From: Azolla caroliniana
Taxonomy: Eukaryota > Plantae > Polypodiophyta
Direction: 5' to 3'
Assembly (NCBI GenBank): GCA_043228905.1
Contig: JBHGNT010000016.1
Location: 6,324,001 to 6,388,000, forward strand
DNA length: 64,000 bases
The notes beneath the pieces were generated by a model. It saw only the letters and a list, made by a program, of their open reading frames with translations. It made no database searches and was not told the origin of the DNA. Both the position numbers and the translations under genes were made by a program. Of the stretch, positions 49,401 through 63,224 are shown piece after piece. Every line of letters starts with the position of its first letter. The stretch's first letter is position 1.

Positions 49401-52400
49401 ATGGCTCCTCCTCCTCCTGCTGCTTCTGCTGATGCTGCTTCTCCTTCTCCTCCCACTCCCAAATTCACTGGTGTTATCAAGTATACCAAGCTCTTCATTG
49501 ATGGCAAGTTTGTGGATGCTACCTCAGGTACCACTAAGCATGTCCCATTTGTACATTCATGATGCATCTTTCATTCATTTGGAATAAATCATAAGATTAT
49601 AGTGGGATAAATCATAAGATTTTAGTTAAATCACCGTCTATATCGTACCGGTATGCATAGCAGTAGCCATCACCATCACCATCACCATCACCATCACCAT
49701 CACCATCGCCATCGCCAATCACCAATCACCATCACATTGTAAAGATCAAGCTAACATATGGCAATATTTATTTGTGCAGGAAAGACATTCAATACATATG
49801 ATCCGCGCACAGGTGACGTGATTACAGCCGTCGCCGAGGCCGATCAAACCGATGTCGACATCGCAGTGAAGGCTGCAAGGAAGGCCTTCGATGAAGGGCC
49901 GTGGCCTCGGATGTCAGGATATGTAAGCTTTCTGCCTATGTATTTGTGCTCTCTTTTTATTAAGGGCTTAATTCCATTTTATGATAAAATTTGCTCTGTT
50001 TCCTATCGACTGACCACTGACCGAGGAATTAATGGGTTTGTTCAGGCTAGAAGCAGGATCCTGCAAAAGTTTGCAGACCTCATGGAACAACACGAAGATG
50101 AGTTGGCATACCTTGAGACCTTAGACAATGGGAAACCTTTGTTCTTGTCTAAGTATGTGGATCTCAAGGGTTCTATCAAGAACCTCCGGGTCACTGCAGG
50201 TATAAAGCCCATATAAACATATGCATAAAAAAGTAAATCTTCTAGTGATTGATGTAAGAATTAATGAAAACACTGGTGATATGTGTATATATTTAGGTAT
50301 AGTTACAACATAAAATCATCACATACAGAATAGATGGGAGTCATGAATTAATGCTAACAGCAACTTAGAGCTGAGTATTGCCGAATCTTTTTCGCTGGTT
50401 TTTCCCAACAGTTTATCATTTCAGAAGCATTATTTAGAAGTATATACCAGTACTCTTGCTGCTCATTTCATGATTAGGACGCTCAGACATATCTTGGGTA
50501 GGGATTTTGGGGGGGTGGGGGGCGCGGAGGATACTTGGGTTTCCTTGATAAGCACTAAATATTCATTCTTGTCTTGGCTATAACCAATTTTCAGGATGGG
50601 CAGACAAGATCAATGGGGGCACATTCAAGCTTGATGGGCCTTTCCAGGGCATATCCCTCTATGAGCCCATCGGAGTTGCAGGTGCCATCATTCCTTGGAA
50701 CTTCCCCATCCTCATGTTCATCATGAAGGCGGCCCCGGCCCTTGCTGCCGGCAACACTATCGTCATCAAGCCAGCTGAGCAGACTCCCCTCACTGCCCTC
50801 TACCTGGCTGCCCTAGCCAAAGAGGTAGGTCTTATTCCATCTAACACACCTGTATGTATATAGGTATGTGTCTGTCTCTGCCTGCCTGCCTGTCTGTTTC
50901 CAAGTTAGTGTTCCCTTTTCATTGAACTCTTAAATGATCAATTACAGCAGTTTATATTATGCAAACAAAACCCTTTAAGTCTTTCCTTTTGATCTTGTTA
51001 TGATGGTAACTTTTGATTGATCATTATATATGTAAAACATATATATCTATCTATATCTATATCACCCGCCTTCAAGTCCTGTTTAACAACAAAAAGCAAA
51101 AACAATATGTGGGTCTTATGTCTGTGTATTTGTTTCCATGAATAGATGGTAATTACCCTTCTTGTGTATGTCAACAATGTGTAAAAATTAAGAGCCTAAA
51201 CAACCATGCTCTCTGATGATGATACAACAGGCTGGGGTACCAGATGGTGTCTTGAATGTTGTTCCTGGATTCGGGAGCATAGCGGGAGCAGCCATTTCGA
51301 GCCATATGGACATTGATAAGGTCACAACATACACACTGGTTTTGATTTTCTTACATTGCAAGAGGTGTATCTAGTAGAACTCATTACCTTTCTCTTTCTT
51401 TCTGTATTCATCACTCTCTTGTGTAAACTTAACTTGGTTCGAGTAGGTTGCCTTCACTGGGTCCACAGGAGTGGGCAGGCACATCATGACAGCCGCGGCG
51501 CAGAGCAACTTGAAGTCCGTCACACTTGAACTCGGTGGCAAATCACCCTTAATTGTCTGCGAGGATGCCGATTTGGATGTTGCGGTCGATCTCGCTAACA
51601 TTGGGATCTTTTTCAACATGGTGAGAACATGGACCAAGAGTTTACATGACCCATCATCAGAGAGGATATCAATAAAGAATGTCACTCACTATCTAGGGGA
51701 TTGTTTTGGACTTGGTGTTCTCTTTTTTTTCCTCAGCCCTGTCTTTTTGTTTTTGGAGACATGATGATCTAAGATTGGACTATGGCTGTTATGGACAGGG
51801 CCAATGTTGTGTTGCTGGCAGCAGGGTATTTGTACAAGAGGGCATCTATGAGGAGTTTTGTAGGAAGGCTGTGGAGAAGGCGAAGAAGAGAGTAGTCGGT
51901 GATCCGATGGAGGCGGGTGTGGACGATGGGCCAATAGTAAGTGGGAATCTTGGGTTTATGAATATCTCTTTAAGATTCAAGAGAATGCAAGAGAAAATGG
52001 GTTTTCCGAAGGCCTTTTTTTTATTGAGGGGGGGGGGGATGTTGAATGAAAGTCACAAAAGAAATGAAGGAATTTTCATCTGAACTGCAAACATAAAACT
52101 AACCAAAATATGAAGATCTAAAAATTTGAGAGGGTTGTGGACACATTTTGTTCTTGGACAAACAGGTGAGTGAAGCACAATTCAATAAGGTCTTGAGCTA
52201 TATAGAGAGTGGGAAAGATGAAGGTGCCACATTATTGACAGGAGGAAACAGAGTTGGGAACAAAGGTTATTTCATAGAGCCAACTATCTTTGGTGATGTC
52301 CAAGTAAGCATCCCATCTTCTCCCCCCCACTCTATTAATTCCTCCTCTCCATTATCTAATAATTGCTGTTCCTTTCAGGATGATATGAAGATCTCCAGAG

Positions 52401-53066
52401 AAGAAATTTTTGGCCCTGTGATGTCAGTCCTGAAGTTCAAGTAAAACTTCTGTCAACTGATTATCATTTCATACTGATCTTGTGTTTTTCATTTGCTCAT
52501 GTGTGCCTACGTGGATGGCATGTTGGTGTCAGTCATAGTGCAATGTCCGATGTCGATGTCGATGATGATGATGATGATGATGATGATTGTGATGATGACC
52601 GTGTTTGTTGATGTTAAATGTGATTATGATATTGTCTGCTAATTGTGGTAGCAATGGTTGATGATGATATTGTCTGCTAATTGTGGTAGCTTGATGATGA
52701 TATTGTCTGCTAATTGTGGTAGCTTGATGATGATATTGTATGCTAATTGTGGTAGCAATGGTTGATGATGATATTGTGGCGCCATGTTATAGGACTTTGG
52801 ACGAGGTCATAAAGAGAGCGAACGACACAGAGTATGGTCTAGCTGCTGGGATCGTAACGAAGAATCTAGATAACGCGAACAGATTGTCTAGGTCGGTTAA
52901 GGCCGGGACAGTATGGATCAACTGCTACCATGTCTTCGATCCCGCGATGCCATTCGGGGGCTACCGGATGAGCGGGATCGGGCGTGAGCATGGCATCCAT
53001 GCCATCCTCAATTACATGGAAGTCAAATCTGTCATAACTCCTCTCCATGATTCCCCTTGGCTGTAA
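49401..53066 (+). CDS. ALDH2C: Aldehyde dehydrogenase family 2, cytosolic ALDH2C-like (10 exons)
   Basis: [45 protein letters not shown], catalytic LELGGKSP and [29 protein letters not shown] and C-terminal PLHDSPWL. No evident mitochondrial presequence. GT-AG introns. Confidence 0.93.
52620..52780. repeat. 32-38-bp intronic minisatellite x4
   Basis: GATATTGTCTGCTAATTGTGGTAGC(AATGG)TTGATGAT repeated in the last ALDH intron. Confidence 0.9.
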
Positions 53067-53388
53067 TAATCATGAATCTGCTGCACCATCTATTTTACTA
53101 CATGTGTATATACAATATATATATACATATATATGTTTTTGTTAAAGAGTTTTGACATATCTCAATAAAAAGAAGAAGAGGGTTGCATATGGTGACAGAC
53201 CTCTCTCTCTACTATGTACAAGACTACTGCGAAAAAACACAGATGTAGTGTGTTGAAACAAAAACTACTACTGTCATGCTCCACATCAATTGATCGATTG
53301 AATCGTTGATTACCTTCGGGAGCGCAATTTCTTCGAAATTTCTGAATATATGACATTATTTACCATCAAACTTTCATCCATAAAATTT

Positions 53389-53500
53389 AAAAAATGTCTA
53401 TTATTAACATTTCATCCAAATCAATCACTTGCAAAGGCTCCAATTAAAAAAATGTCTATTATTAACATTTGATCCAAATCAATCACTTGCAAAGGCTCCG
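53389..53500. repeat. ~57-bp tandem duplication
   Basis: AAAAAATGTCTATTATTAACATTT.ATCCAAATCAATCACTTGCAAAGGCTCC occurs twice. Confidence 0.9.
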
Positions 53501-55897
53501 TTTGAAATGGCAATGATCAACTAACTACTATCTCAATTGACACTCTAAATAATTTTGTTTCAATAATTTTGCTTCAATAATTTTGTTAAGTTGACACTCT
53601 AAATTACTTTTTGATCAAGGGTATTGTGATAATATTCATTGGACTACCATGCGTATCAAGTTGATATACAAGAGGGTAAATGCAAACGACAAAGCCAATT
53701 TATAATGTGAACTATTGATGAGACATAAATCTTGTTAACATTTACATAGCCCAATTATTTCCTAGAATGACTCAAAAGGTAGCCAATTTATTATGTTAAC
53801 TATTGATGAGGCATAGATCTTCTTAACATTACATATATGTATGTAATACATTGCCCAATTATTTCCTAGAATGACTCATAAGGTAGCAACTTTCATGAAT
53901 GCATTAGTTTTTCTTTGAACTTGGCGTAAGATCTAACCTTGAAAGATACAATCGTCTCCACTTTTTGGGAAATACGAATTTCCATATTTTCGCACCATCC
54001 AATTCAAATGTCCACATTTATATCATGATACTCCCAATGCATGGAATCTCCTTTTTGACAGAGCGACAACGGGAGAAGAGGTGGATTAAAACATTTCTAA
54101 AGATACCAATGTGGATAGAGAGTAACTCGCTGTAGTCATAGAGAGTCCATGGAAGAGGTGTACACACTGTAACTTTGATTGCATGAAAGTCCTTTATCGT
54201 GTTATGGGATACTTTCCATGTTCCATCATTTGATTTGGGAAAACAAAACTTTACTTGGAAAATTTAATCTAAACATGCATATGTCTTGCATTGAGAAAGG
54301 AAAATGTTTGTTAAATTATCAATGATGATGCTTGAGTATCTTTCCACTTGCAATTCTTGTTGCTCCAATCAACAAATTAGAGATTATCTATTTGGATTAA
54401 TCAACTACTCTTGACAACTTGAGTTACTGGCAATGTGTTGTTATTGATGTGACAACTTGGTTTGGTTTGGCTTGGCTCGGGGATTCAATGATTTGGTTTA
54501 GTTTGACGTTTATGCGCGTAAGGGTTTGTGTCACAAATTTATGATGTGATATTATGTTAAGTTTATTCTATAAAGGGTGTGATATTACTTCTTATGAACC
54601 CTAGCAATATCATGTTTATCAAATTATTATTTTAAATTCTTCTCCAAAATCCTAAAGTTTGAATGAAGTTCAGTTTTTTAAATGCAAAGAATCTGATAGA
54701 TGGTCTAAATCAATTGAAAGTTTAGAAAAATTAGATTGCGCATTCTTGTAGACACAAAAAGGGATTTATCCATAAAAAAAAAACTAGTTTCTTAATCAAA
54801 AGTTTAAAGAATTTAAGTTGTTTCTTAACGATATGATTTAAGCATTTGTTAATAAAAAATAAATGTTTGGAAAATTGAGTGCACATTTAACTATCGACAA
54901 TGATTTGGTTCTAGTTGAAACTGAAGTGTGAAACCATGGTTTAATGGTTTGAAAATCTCTTGAATGCTTCGGTTTGACCGCGAGAGTTCATCAAATAGTT
55001 TTAGTTTAAATGTTCATCATTTTAATCATGTCCACTTGTATTGAATGTTGTTGCACCTAATCCTACCATTTTCATATCTTAAATCTCAATGTTTCTATTA
55101 TCTCTAACTTGTGTAGGAACTATGACATGCCAATGTATCTAGTTTTTGACAGTGAACTCTTCTCAATTGATTCAACTCCTACTCATTGAATTGTTATTTT
55201 TGTTATTTAAAAAACGTTAAGTACATGTAAAAGCTTGAAAACTAGAGATGAAAAGCTTGTTAATGATTATTTTAAATTGTTTCCTTTAACAACCAATATG
55301 GCTTATAGAATTGCAAATTTATCCTATTAAATTTTAAAATAATGACGTGGTAGGGTTGTAAGGCATTGATAGAATTTCTTCATCATTTTCGTTTGATATC
55401 ATTCACATTAAGCACTCGTAAAACACATTTTCCATATACAATAATGAATATGTTAAAATTGCCCTTCCAAACACAATGATAATTGTGAGTATTCACCACA
55501 AAAGACATAATGCAAATAAAAATAACACGTTTTCATTGTAAACGCAAGGCATTTGTGATGGCCTTGGACAAGAGTCGTGTGTGTTCATATGTCATAACCC
55601 TTCAAAGTCACATATTTATTGCTTTTCATGGCAATACATACATGGGTCACATTTAAATGTGTTTGTGAGGTAATAGTCATTTTTTTCATTATCGTGCATG
55701 GGTAACTTTTTGCCCTTGTTGAGGACATTGATTTCCATTAGTGCATTCACCACATAAGCCATAATGCAAATAGAAATAACATGTTTTCATTGCATACGCA
55801 AGGCATATGTGATGACCTTGGACATAGTCATGTGTGTTCGTATGTTATAACCCTTTAAAGTCACGTGTTTATTGTTTTTCATGGCTATGCATGGGTC

Positions 55898-58007
55898 TTC
55901 TTTTTTTAGTAACACTTTTATTACTAGTGGGAAACCTCAAAGTGAGGTGAAAACCCACAAAGAATAAATAGAAATATACAAGTGTTTATTAGACATTGAA
56001 GAGCTTCGAAGCGCTCAAAGTAAAGATTGTAAATTTGTAGTGTGATGTCTCTAAGTTCAAACAATCAAATAGAGATTGTTTGAGGGATTGCTTAAAGAAG
56101 CTAACTTCATGCAGTTGGTTTCAATCAAAGACCTTATTATTGTGGGCCATCCAAATGGTTCAGAGTGCCCAAAATCTTGTCCATTGGAGAAAATAGGCAT
56201 TGCGGGATAGGGCACACCGAATTTGTCCAAATAGCCAAAAGTGTTTCTCAAACCTTCCGCCAAGAAATTTGTGATAAAGAGATGCACTTAGTCTTTGTAC
56301 AAATGTTGTCATGAATGAGCAAGTCCATAATAAGTGTGGGACTGTTTCTAAGGCGAGGCTATCGATCACTTTTGAAGATTCGACCCAGTCGGGAGCACAC
56401 CCAATAGGCATCACCATAGGAATACCCATTGCTTAAGTGGAAGACCAGAGCTCCATACGCTTGTAAGCCTGTTTTTCCATTAGTACTATGTTTTGTGTAG
56501 GTTCCATAATGCATTTGCATGTTCATGAAACCAAGGGCAGGTTGCAACAACATATACACTGAATGTGTTGCAATATTATTCATTGGAATAACAATGTTGC
56601 CTTTTTGTAACATCCAGTCCTGAATCCTGCGATCTCCATCTAGAGGTGGCACATGTACTAAGGAAAGCACCAACTCTGTGACTTGATTCCACATAACGCG
56701 ATGATGTGGCCCAACGACATGTCATGTCATTGAAGCGTAATAGGTGACCCTGATCATTTACCACATCTATTATTGATTCCATCCCCTTCTTTGCTAAGAA
56801 ATAAGTTTTCCCAGGCTCTTGTTCAGCTAGTGATCGTGGGATATAGCACTCCAATGTAAGCTTTTGAGGCATAAAGAATTCCTTGATTTTGAATTCCCAC
56901 CTCTCCATGTTGTGCGGTGCAATACTTCCTTCGAGTGCTTTAGAAGCTTTGAGCTAAACAGACAACCTTTGATGTGCTCGTCAAGCTTTCCAAACACTAC
57001 ATCCTAATGGTTAGTACCCCATGAGCCAAATGACTTGGTTTTCAAAATATCAAACATATCAAATAGCATTCTTGCCCAAGGCAACGTTTTTTAGAAAACT
57101 TTCGCAGTAAATTAGCTTTTTTACCCAATAAATGCAATTGCAAATTAAGAATATTTAGCCCTCCACACAATCGTGGAGTGCATATCTTCTCCAATGATAG
57201 GAGTCGTACACCTCTACGCCACTGCTTAGAGCACCAAAATTTGCTTATGATTTCTAAGTTAATCTTTTGTATCATGTGTTTCGGCCAATCAATCATAATT
57301 ACGTAAAACTACATGTAAGCCATGAATATAGATTGCAATATCCTCAATCTAACATGGAGCGGCCATGTTGCAACCTTCCAATAGCTTAGCTTTTGTCTCA
57401 CATTTTGCAGAACCCATTCAGCCTTTCTTTTCCCCGTCGCATTCCATCCCAATGGATAGCCAAGATGTATAACCATTTCATTTAGGCTAACAACTTGACC
57501 TGGCCACAAAAGTTGATGCCAACTATATGGTTTCAAGGGTAGGAGTTTGAACTTGTTGAAGTTAACATGCAGTCCAACACCTAATCCATACAATTTGAGG
57601 GCATCCATAATCACTCTCATATCATTTGGATTGTTTTGTGACAAGAATGATGTATCATTTGCATATGCCTGAGCCACAAAATCATGTTTGTTTTTCATTT
57701 GCAAACCATGAAGTTGATCAATTTGTGCTAGATGATCCATGTACCATAGTAGTGGATGAGTTGTAATTGCATACAACAATGCACTTACATGACAACCTTG
57801 TCATATTGATTTGGCTAAGCTCCATGAATCTGTCAATTCATCATCAATAATGCATGAAGATGTGTTAGACCCATAAAGCCAATAGATTACATTTTCAGGC
57901 CAAATCCTAGTTGACCATTATGGCTGCCACAAAATCCCATTGGATGGTGTCAAAGGCCTTTTCAATGTCAATTTGCATGATCAGTACATCTTGTTTGCAT
58001 GACTAGT
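55898..58007 (-). mobile_element. 5'-truncated L1-like LINE (RT to 3' end with short A-tail)
   Basis: QIDIEKAFDTIQWDF, AYANDTSF, HLGYPLGW, CTPRLCGGLNI and zf-RVT-like LETVPHLLWTC. T-run at ~55901. Interrupts copy 2 of a local duplication. Confidence 0.88.
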
Positions 58008-60186
58008 ACATCTTAAATGTGTGTTTGTTTGTGAGGTAATAGTTGTTTTTTCATTATCGTGCATGGGTAATTTTTTGCTCTTGTCGAAGACATTGATTTC
58101 CATTGGTGTTCTTGTTTTCTCCTATCCTTGAACAAAAAATGTGAGGACATGCTAGGACTCTTTTTAATGTCATTGATCTCCAAAGGTGCACATGTTTGCT
58201 CTTGGCCTCCGACAAAAAACTCAAGGGTATATTGGTTCACATAATGTTGTCAAAGTCATTGATTTCCTTAATTGTGCATTTTTTCTGTTGGCCACAAACA
58301 TAAACCTCTAGATATGTTATAATGTTGGGCCACTTTTAATCTTGTTGAGGCCATTGGTTTCCATAGATGTGCATGTTTTCACTTGCCTGAACAAGAATGT
58401 CAAGCATATGTTGGCAACATTTAAATTATTGTTTCATAACTACTAATTTGTAATGCAACACATTGCAAGGAATGCTTCTTATCGCTAGAGTCACAATAAA
58501 AAATGGTAATAAGTCTTTAAAAATGGAGTCTACTATTCTTCAAATTATGAGAACATAATAAATAAATGTATGTATGTGTTTGATACAATGCCATATTTGT
58601 TTAGATGTTGATGTTAACACACGTAACACACGTAAGAAGGTAAGACCCACTCAACACTCAAATTATTGTTGTGCAACTACTAACTGTAAAGGAGCACATT
58701 GTTATGAATACTTCTTATTACTAGAATGAGAACAAAAAATGGTAAGAAGTCTGTAAAAATGGAATCTAGTAAGCTTCTAATTATGGCAACATAACGCAAA
58801 ATAAATGTATATGTCTGGTAATGTTCAACTCATCACCAAATCCAAGATATGATGTCATATTTGTTTCGATATTGATGTTAACATCAACATGTGTAAGGAA
58901 GTAACGCCCACTCAAAACTCATATGGGTAGCACCCATTCAAAGCTCATGGAGGTTCACCAAAGTTAATTAGAATATGGTCCGAAGATGGCTTGGACATAT
59001 AAAACTCCACGCAATATATTATTAAGTGTCATAAAGATCATTCCCATACCCTCAAATGACATAATCATCGGTGTTATATGCACAATGCTTTTGTATTTGA
59101 TGATAGGCATACAATCAAAACATATCTATAAAGTTGACGGGAGTACTAATGTGGAAAATTACTTTATTGGGGTAAGTAGAAATTCCTTTCTTGGTAGAGT
59201 GTTTGTCTTGACAACTAGTGATTCAACATGTCCCACTACCCTTGTAGTGGTGAGTACCATAGTCAATTGTGGTACTCACCACATTTTATATGTCTTGAGA
59301 TGAGCGACCATGGATTGATGCAACATCTTATTAACAAAGAAGGATTGGTGCATGGGAAACTTAGATTAAGGCATCATGGTGGCATTGCTCAATGGGCACA
59401 TTGCTACTAAAGCTAGATAGTTTGTCCCTACAAAACGAGTTAGTAAGATCTTGACAAGAAGCTTTGTTGTATTTTGAATGAGCATTACAAAATAGTCAAC
59501 GATAATTCATTACACAAGGAATTGCTTGTTTCTTTTCAATTGTTACATTGGTAAGGCAAGGAAACTTTGAGATCTCAATTCAGTTGTTAAAGTGGCCAAC
59601 GTGGTTGATCCGGAATCTTAAACGTTATTAGAGTCTAATAGTAAATATTCTATAACTCATCTTAATTTTTGACCTTCATTTTAACCTAAAACTTAAGCAT
59701 CTAGTTTTAAGTGCTTAAGCTTTGCACTTTGTAAGAGCATGGTCAGCTAGATCTCTCATTTAATAATAGAGGTGTTGAAGCACGTGGCAGTTGGTGCCCA
59801 ACAAGTTTCGAGAGAATTCATTATCATATACAGAACAAAAAAAGAGCATCAACTTTTGACTTGTAAAACCACCAATTACAAGAAAATATATTGTAGATTC
59901 CATTGTTTTGTTGGATACATTTGCGCTTGATGGTAGTTCACTTTATTTGAGGCAATAATGTTTATTAATACAAGACTTCCAAATGTTTCATCTTACACAA
60001 GAAGAGTGTTAACAAGTGCCTTCAATGCCTTTCTCTTGGGGCTTACTGAAGAAGCTTAGAGATGTTGACACCAGTGTTATTCCACTATATTTTGGTCATA
60101 ATCATTCAGGAAGATGGTGCAATGCAAAAAAATATTGTTAGTAAAAATGTGGATTAAGAAGAGACAGTCAACGAATCGACCGAGCA

Positions 60187-63100
60187 TTATTGAGCTCCGT
60201 TTTCGGTGCCATAAACATGACCCATCTTGGTCCTTTTTGTTTCTAGATACCTTTTATTTTCTTTGGTTACAGCAGATATAAGGGGAACACGCCCTATCAC
60301 GGCCAGACCATAACCTTTCAAACCCATATACTTCGCTGGATTGTTGGTCATTAATCTCATGGTCTTAACTCCAATATCTTGCAGCATCTGACGAAAAATC
60401 AAACACTACCCATAAGAGAAGCGCTCACATGGACCCAACTATATACATACATACACATACATACGTACGTACGTACAAACATACATACATACATTCATAC
60501 ATACATACACACACACACATACATACATACATACATACACTTCGTTTTGTAATGCCTTTCTTATATTACCCATGAAAACTGACAAAATTTTGAACAGACA
60601 GACATACAGGGGTATCAAGTTTCTTATTACCTGTGCACCTATGCCATATTCACGAGAGTCAACTGGCAATCCAAGCTCAATATTGGCCTCGACGGTATCA
60701 CGCCCGTCATCTTGGAGATTGTAAGCCCTCAGCTTGTGGCCTAACCCAATGCCCCTACCCTCATGGCCACGGAGATACACAACGACACCCCGCCCTGCTT
60801 TCTCTATCTTTTGCATCGAGTCGATGAGTTGATTTCCACAATCACACCTTGAAGACCCAAAAATGTCTCCTGTGAGGCATTCTGAGTGAACCCGCACTAG
60901 TACATTATGACCATCTCCAACATCACCCTGCACATACATTAAGCTTTCATGAGTTCATGATATTTAAGCAGAGATTTAAACAAGAGAATTAGATGTTCAA
61001 ATGCTTTTGTGGATTTTCACTTCATATTGAGGTTTCCCATTAGTTACTACTAAAAATTAAGTATAAGGATCCTCTCACTAAACAACGTTTATATATTCTT
61101 TGAGTGCTTATAAGTAGCATATTGTCCGTTAGGCAATCTATATCTATTAAGGTTCTTTTGGAATGACTTTCAATGCAAGTTGAGATTTCCCAATAATAGT
61201 GGAAGTTATTAGTGAAAACTGACAGTCATTGTATGATTGTCTAACACTACATGGCCATCCACTAGATGATTTTCAGATATTCTTTGAGTGCTTCTAGGCA
61301 ACATGTCCACTAGGCATTTTGTGCGCGTTTCCGTTTTTTGGGGGGGTTTCATCTTGTACTGAAATTTCTCACTAGTAGTTTCAGTTATTACTAGAAACAA
61401 ATGCAGAAACATTCTCACAATCCGTGTAGGATTAAATAAGGTTACATATAGCACAACCTTCCACTACAACTATCAGATATTACAAACACAAAAGGAACAT
61501 CAAATAGTGTTACCTTCACCATTGCAATGTGTTCAATGCCATCCAACTTGGATGTGTAGCTATAGGCAGTGAAGGTTCCCCATTTCGTAGGTAAACGTGC
61601 CACACCTGTTCGTTCTACTAGCATTTCTCGTCTACGTCTATATCTGTACATAGTCAAGGATAAAGATATTTGAAATTACACTAACAATGGCAATCTTAGT
61701 TTAATTATTCCGTCATATACACCTCCATAATCAAGCAAGAAAGCAGACCTCATTATTGATATTCCATCTCTACTACTAATTAATCAAAATACTAATCGAA
61801 GTTCAGTCTTATTGTAAATACAACGCAATCCTAGATGAATCATTCAACTAGGGACACCCCCACAAACAAGCAAGAAAGCAAGCTGGTTATTGATATTCCA
61901 TACATCTCTCTACTAGTAATTACACAATAGCAATAAATTTTCAGTCTTAATGACAATACACAGCAATTGTAGTTGAAATATTAAACCATGGACCCTCATA
62001 GTCAAGCAAAAAAACAATCCTAGTTATTGAAATTCCGTCTCTGTACTCGTAATTACACAATACTAAGAGTAGTTCAATTTCAAGGACAGCACACAGTAAT
62101 CACAGTTGAATCATTCAACCATGAACAGCCCCATAGTGGAGCAAGAAAGAAATCCTCATTATCAATAGAGCGTCTTGTCTCTTTACTAGTAATCTCCCCA
62201 ACAACCAAAGATGGGACAGCATTTTAAGATGTAATCTCTCATTTGGTCTCATAAGTTAGTTTGGCCTCTTAAAAGATGTTACTACATTTTTCTTTTTTTC
62301 TACTGGTAAGGATGCACTCTCGGCTGTTACCTACAGCGTTCAGAAGAATATCAACAGCAAAAGCCAACCGACATCCACCATTCTGAAAACAAGATTGAAG
62401 GCAGTGCATAAAAATTTCTACTTATTTAATCTAAACACACATCAATCAAATCAAAACATCAAAAACCATAACTACCCAAAGGACATTCTTACATCTGCTA
62501 TAAATCAAATAGAAACATCAGATGGCCCTAGAGAAACCCCCTACTATTACAAGCACCTTATTAAATCTGCTATCGATATAATCAGCAAATTGTGTTCTGC
62601 AGCAAACTTCCGTAGCCAAGGTAAGCGTGCCATTGAACCATCACGTACATCAACTATTTCAGATAGTATTCCTACTGGCGGCAATCCAGCCATGACTGCT
62701 AAATCCAAAGCTGCTTCTGTATGCCCTGCCCTCTTCAGAACACCACCCTCTCTATATCTTAGAGGGAAGATGTGGCCAGGCCTTCGAAAATCATCTGGCT
62801 TTGAATCAGGGGAAGAGAGCGCAAGAATTGTAGCTGCCCGATCTGAAGCTGAAACTCCTGTGGTAACCCCAAATTTTCCATCCTGGTGAATAACAATTTC
62901 CAAAGTGGATATTTAGCATCCCAAACACACAGCATAAGACTAGCATACACTAATGAAAAAACACAAAGTTATTAGGTTCCGATTCACATGTAGTATACTT
63001 ACCACAGAAACTGTGAATGCAGTACTCAGAGCTTCTTCATTATCTTTGTCATTCACCATCAAAGGTAGCCTTAACCGATCTAGATCATCTCCTTTCATAG

Positions 63101-63224
63101 AGACACAAATTATCCCTGTACTATGTTGAGTGAGGAAGGCAAGCGCATTGGGATTGGCCATAGATCCAGCCATTATCAGATCACCCTCATTTTCTCTATC
63201 TTCATCATCAACAACAACTACAAA
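60187..63224 (-). CDS. RIBA: Bifunctional 3,4-dihydroxy-2-butanone-4-phosphate synthase / GTP cyclohydrolase II (5' part outside window)
   Basis: Exons 63224-63003 ([13 protein letters not shown]...TAFTVSV), 62882-62557 ([25 protein letters not shown]), 61643-61514, 60927-60631 ([27 protein letters not shown]) and 60387-60187 (RLMTNNPAK...[11 protein letters not shown]). Catalytic motifs of both domains look intact. Confidence 0.96.
61730..62200. repeat. Degenerate ~136-bp tandem repeat x4 in a RIBA intron
   Basis: AGCAAGAAAG...TTATTGA.ATTCC.TCTC..TACT.GTAATTA recurs at ~61731, 61866, 62002 and 62139. Confidence 0.75.

Noticed and set aside
50508-50531. G-rich tract in an ALDH intron as a G-quadruplex regulator
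   Set aside because: Homopolymer runs are common in this window and nothing else supports function.
49401-63224. ALDH + RIBA as a metabolic gene cluster
   Set aside because: No shared pathway known to me; convergent neighbours separated by 7 kb of repeats.
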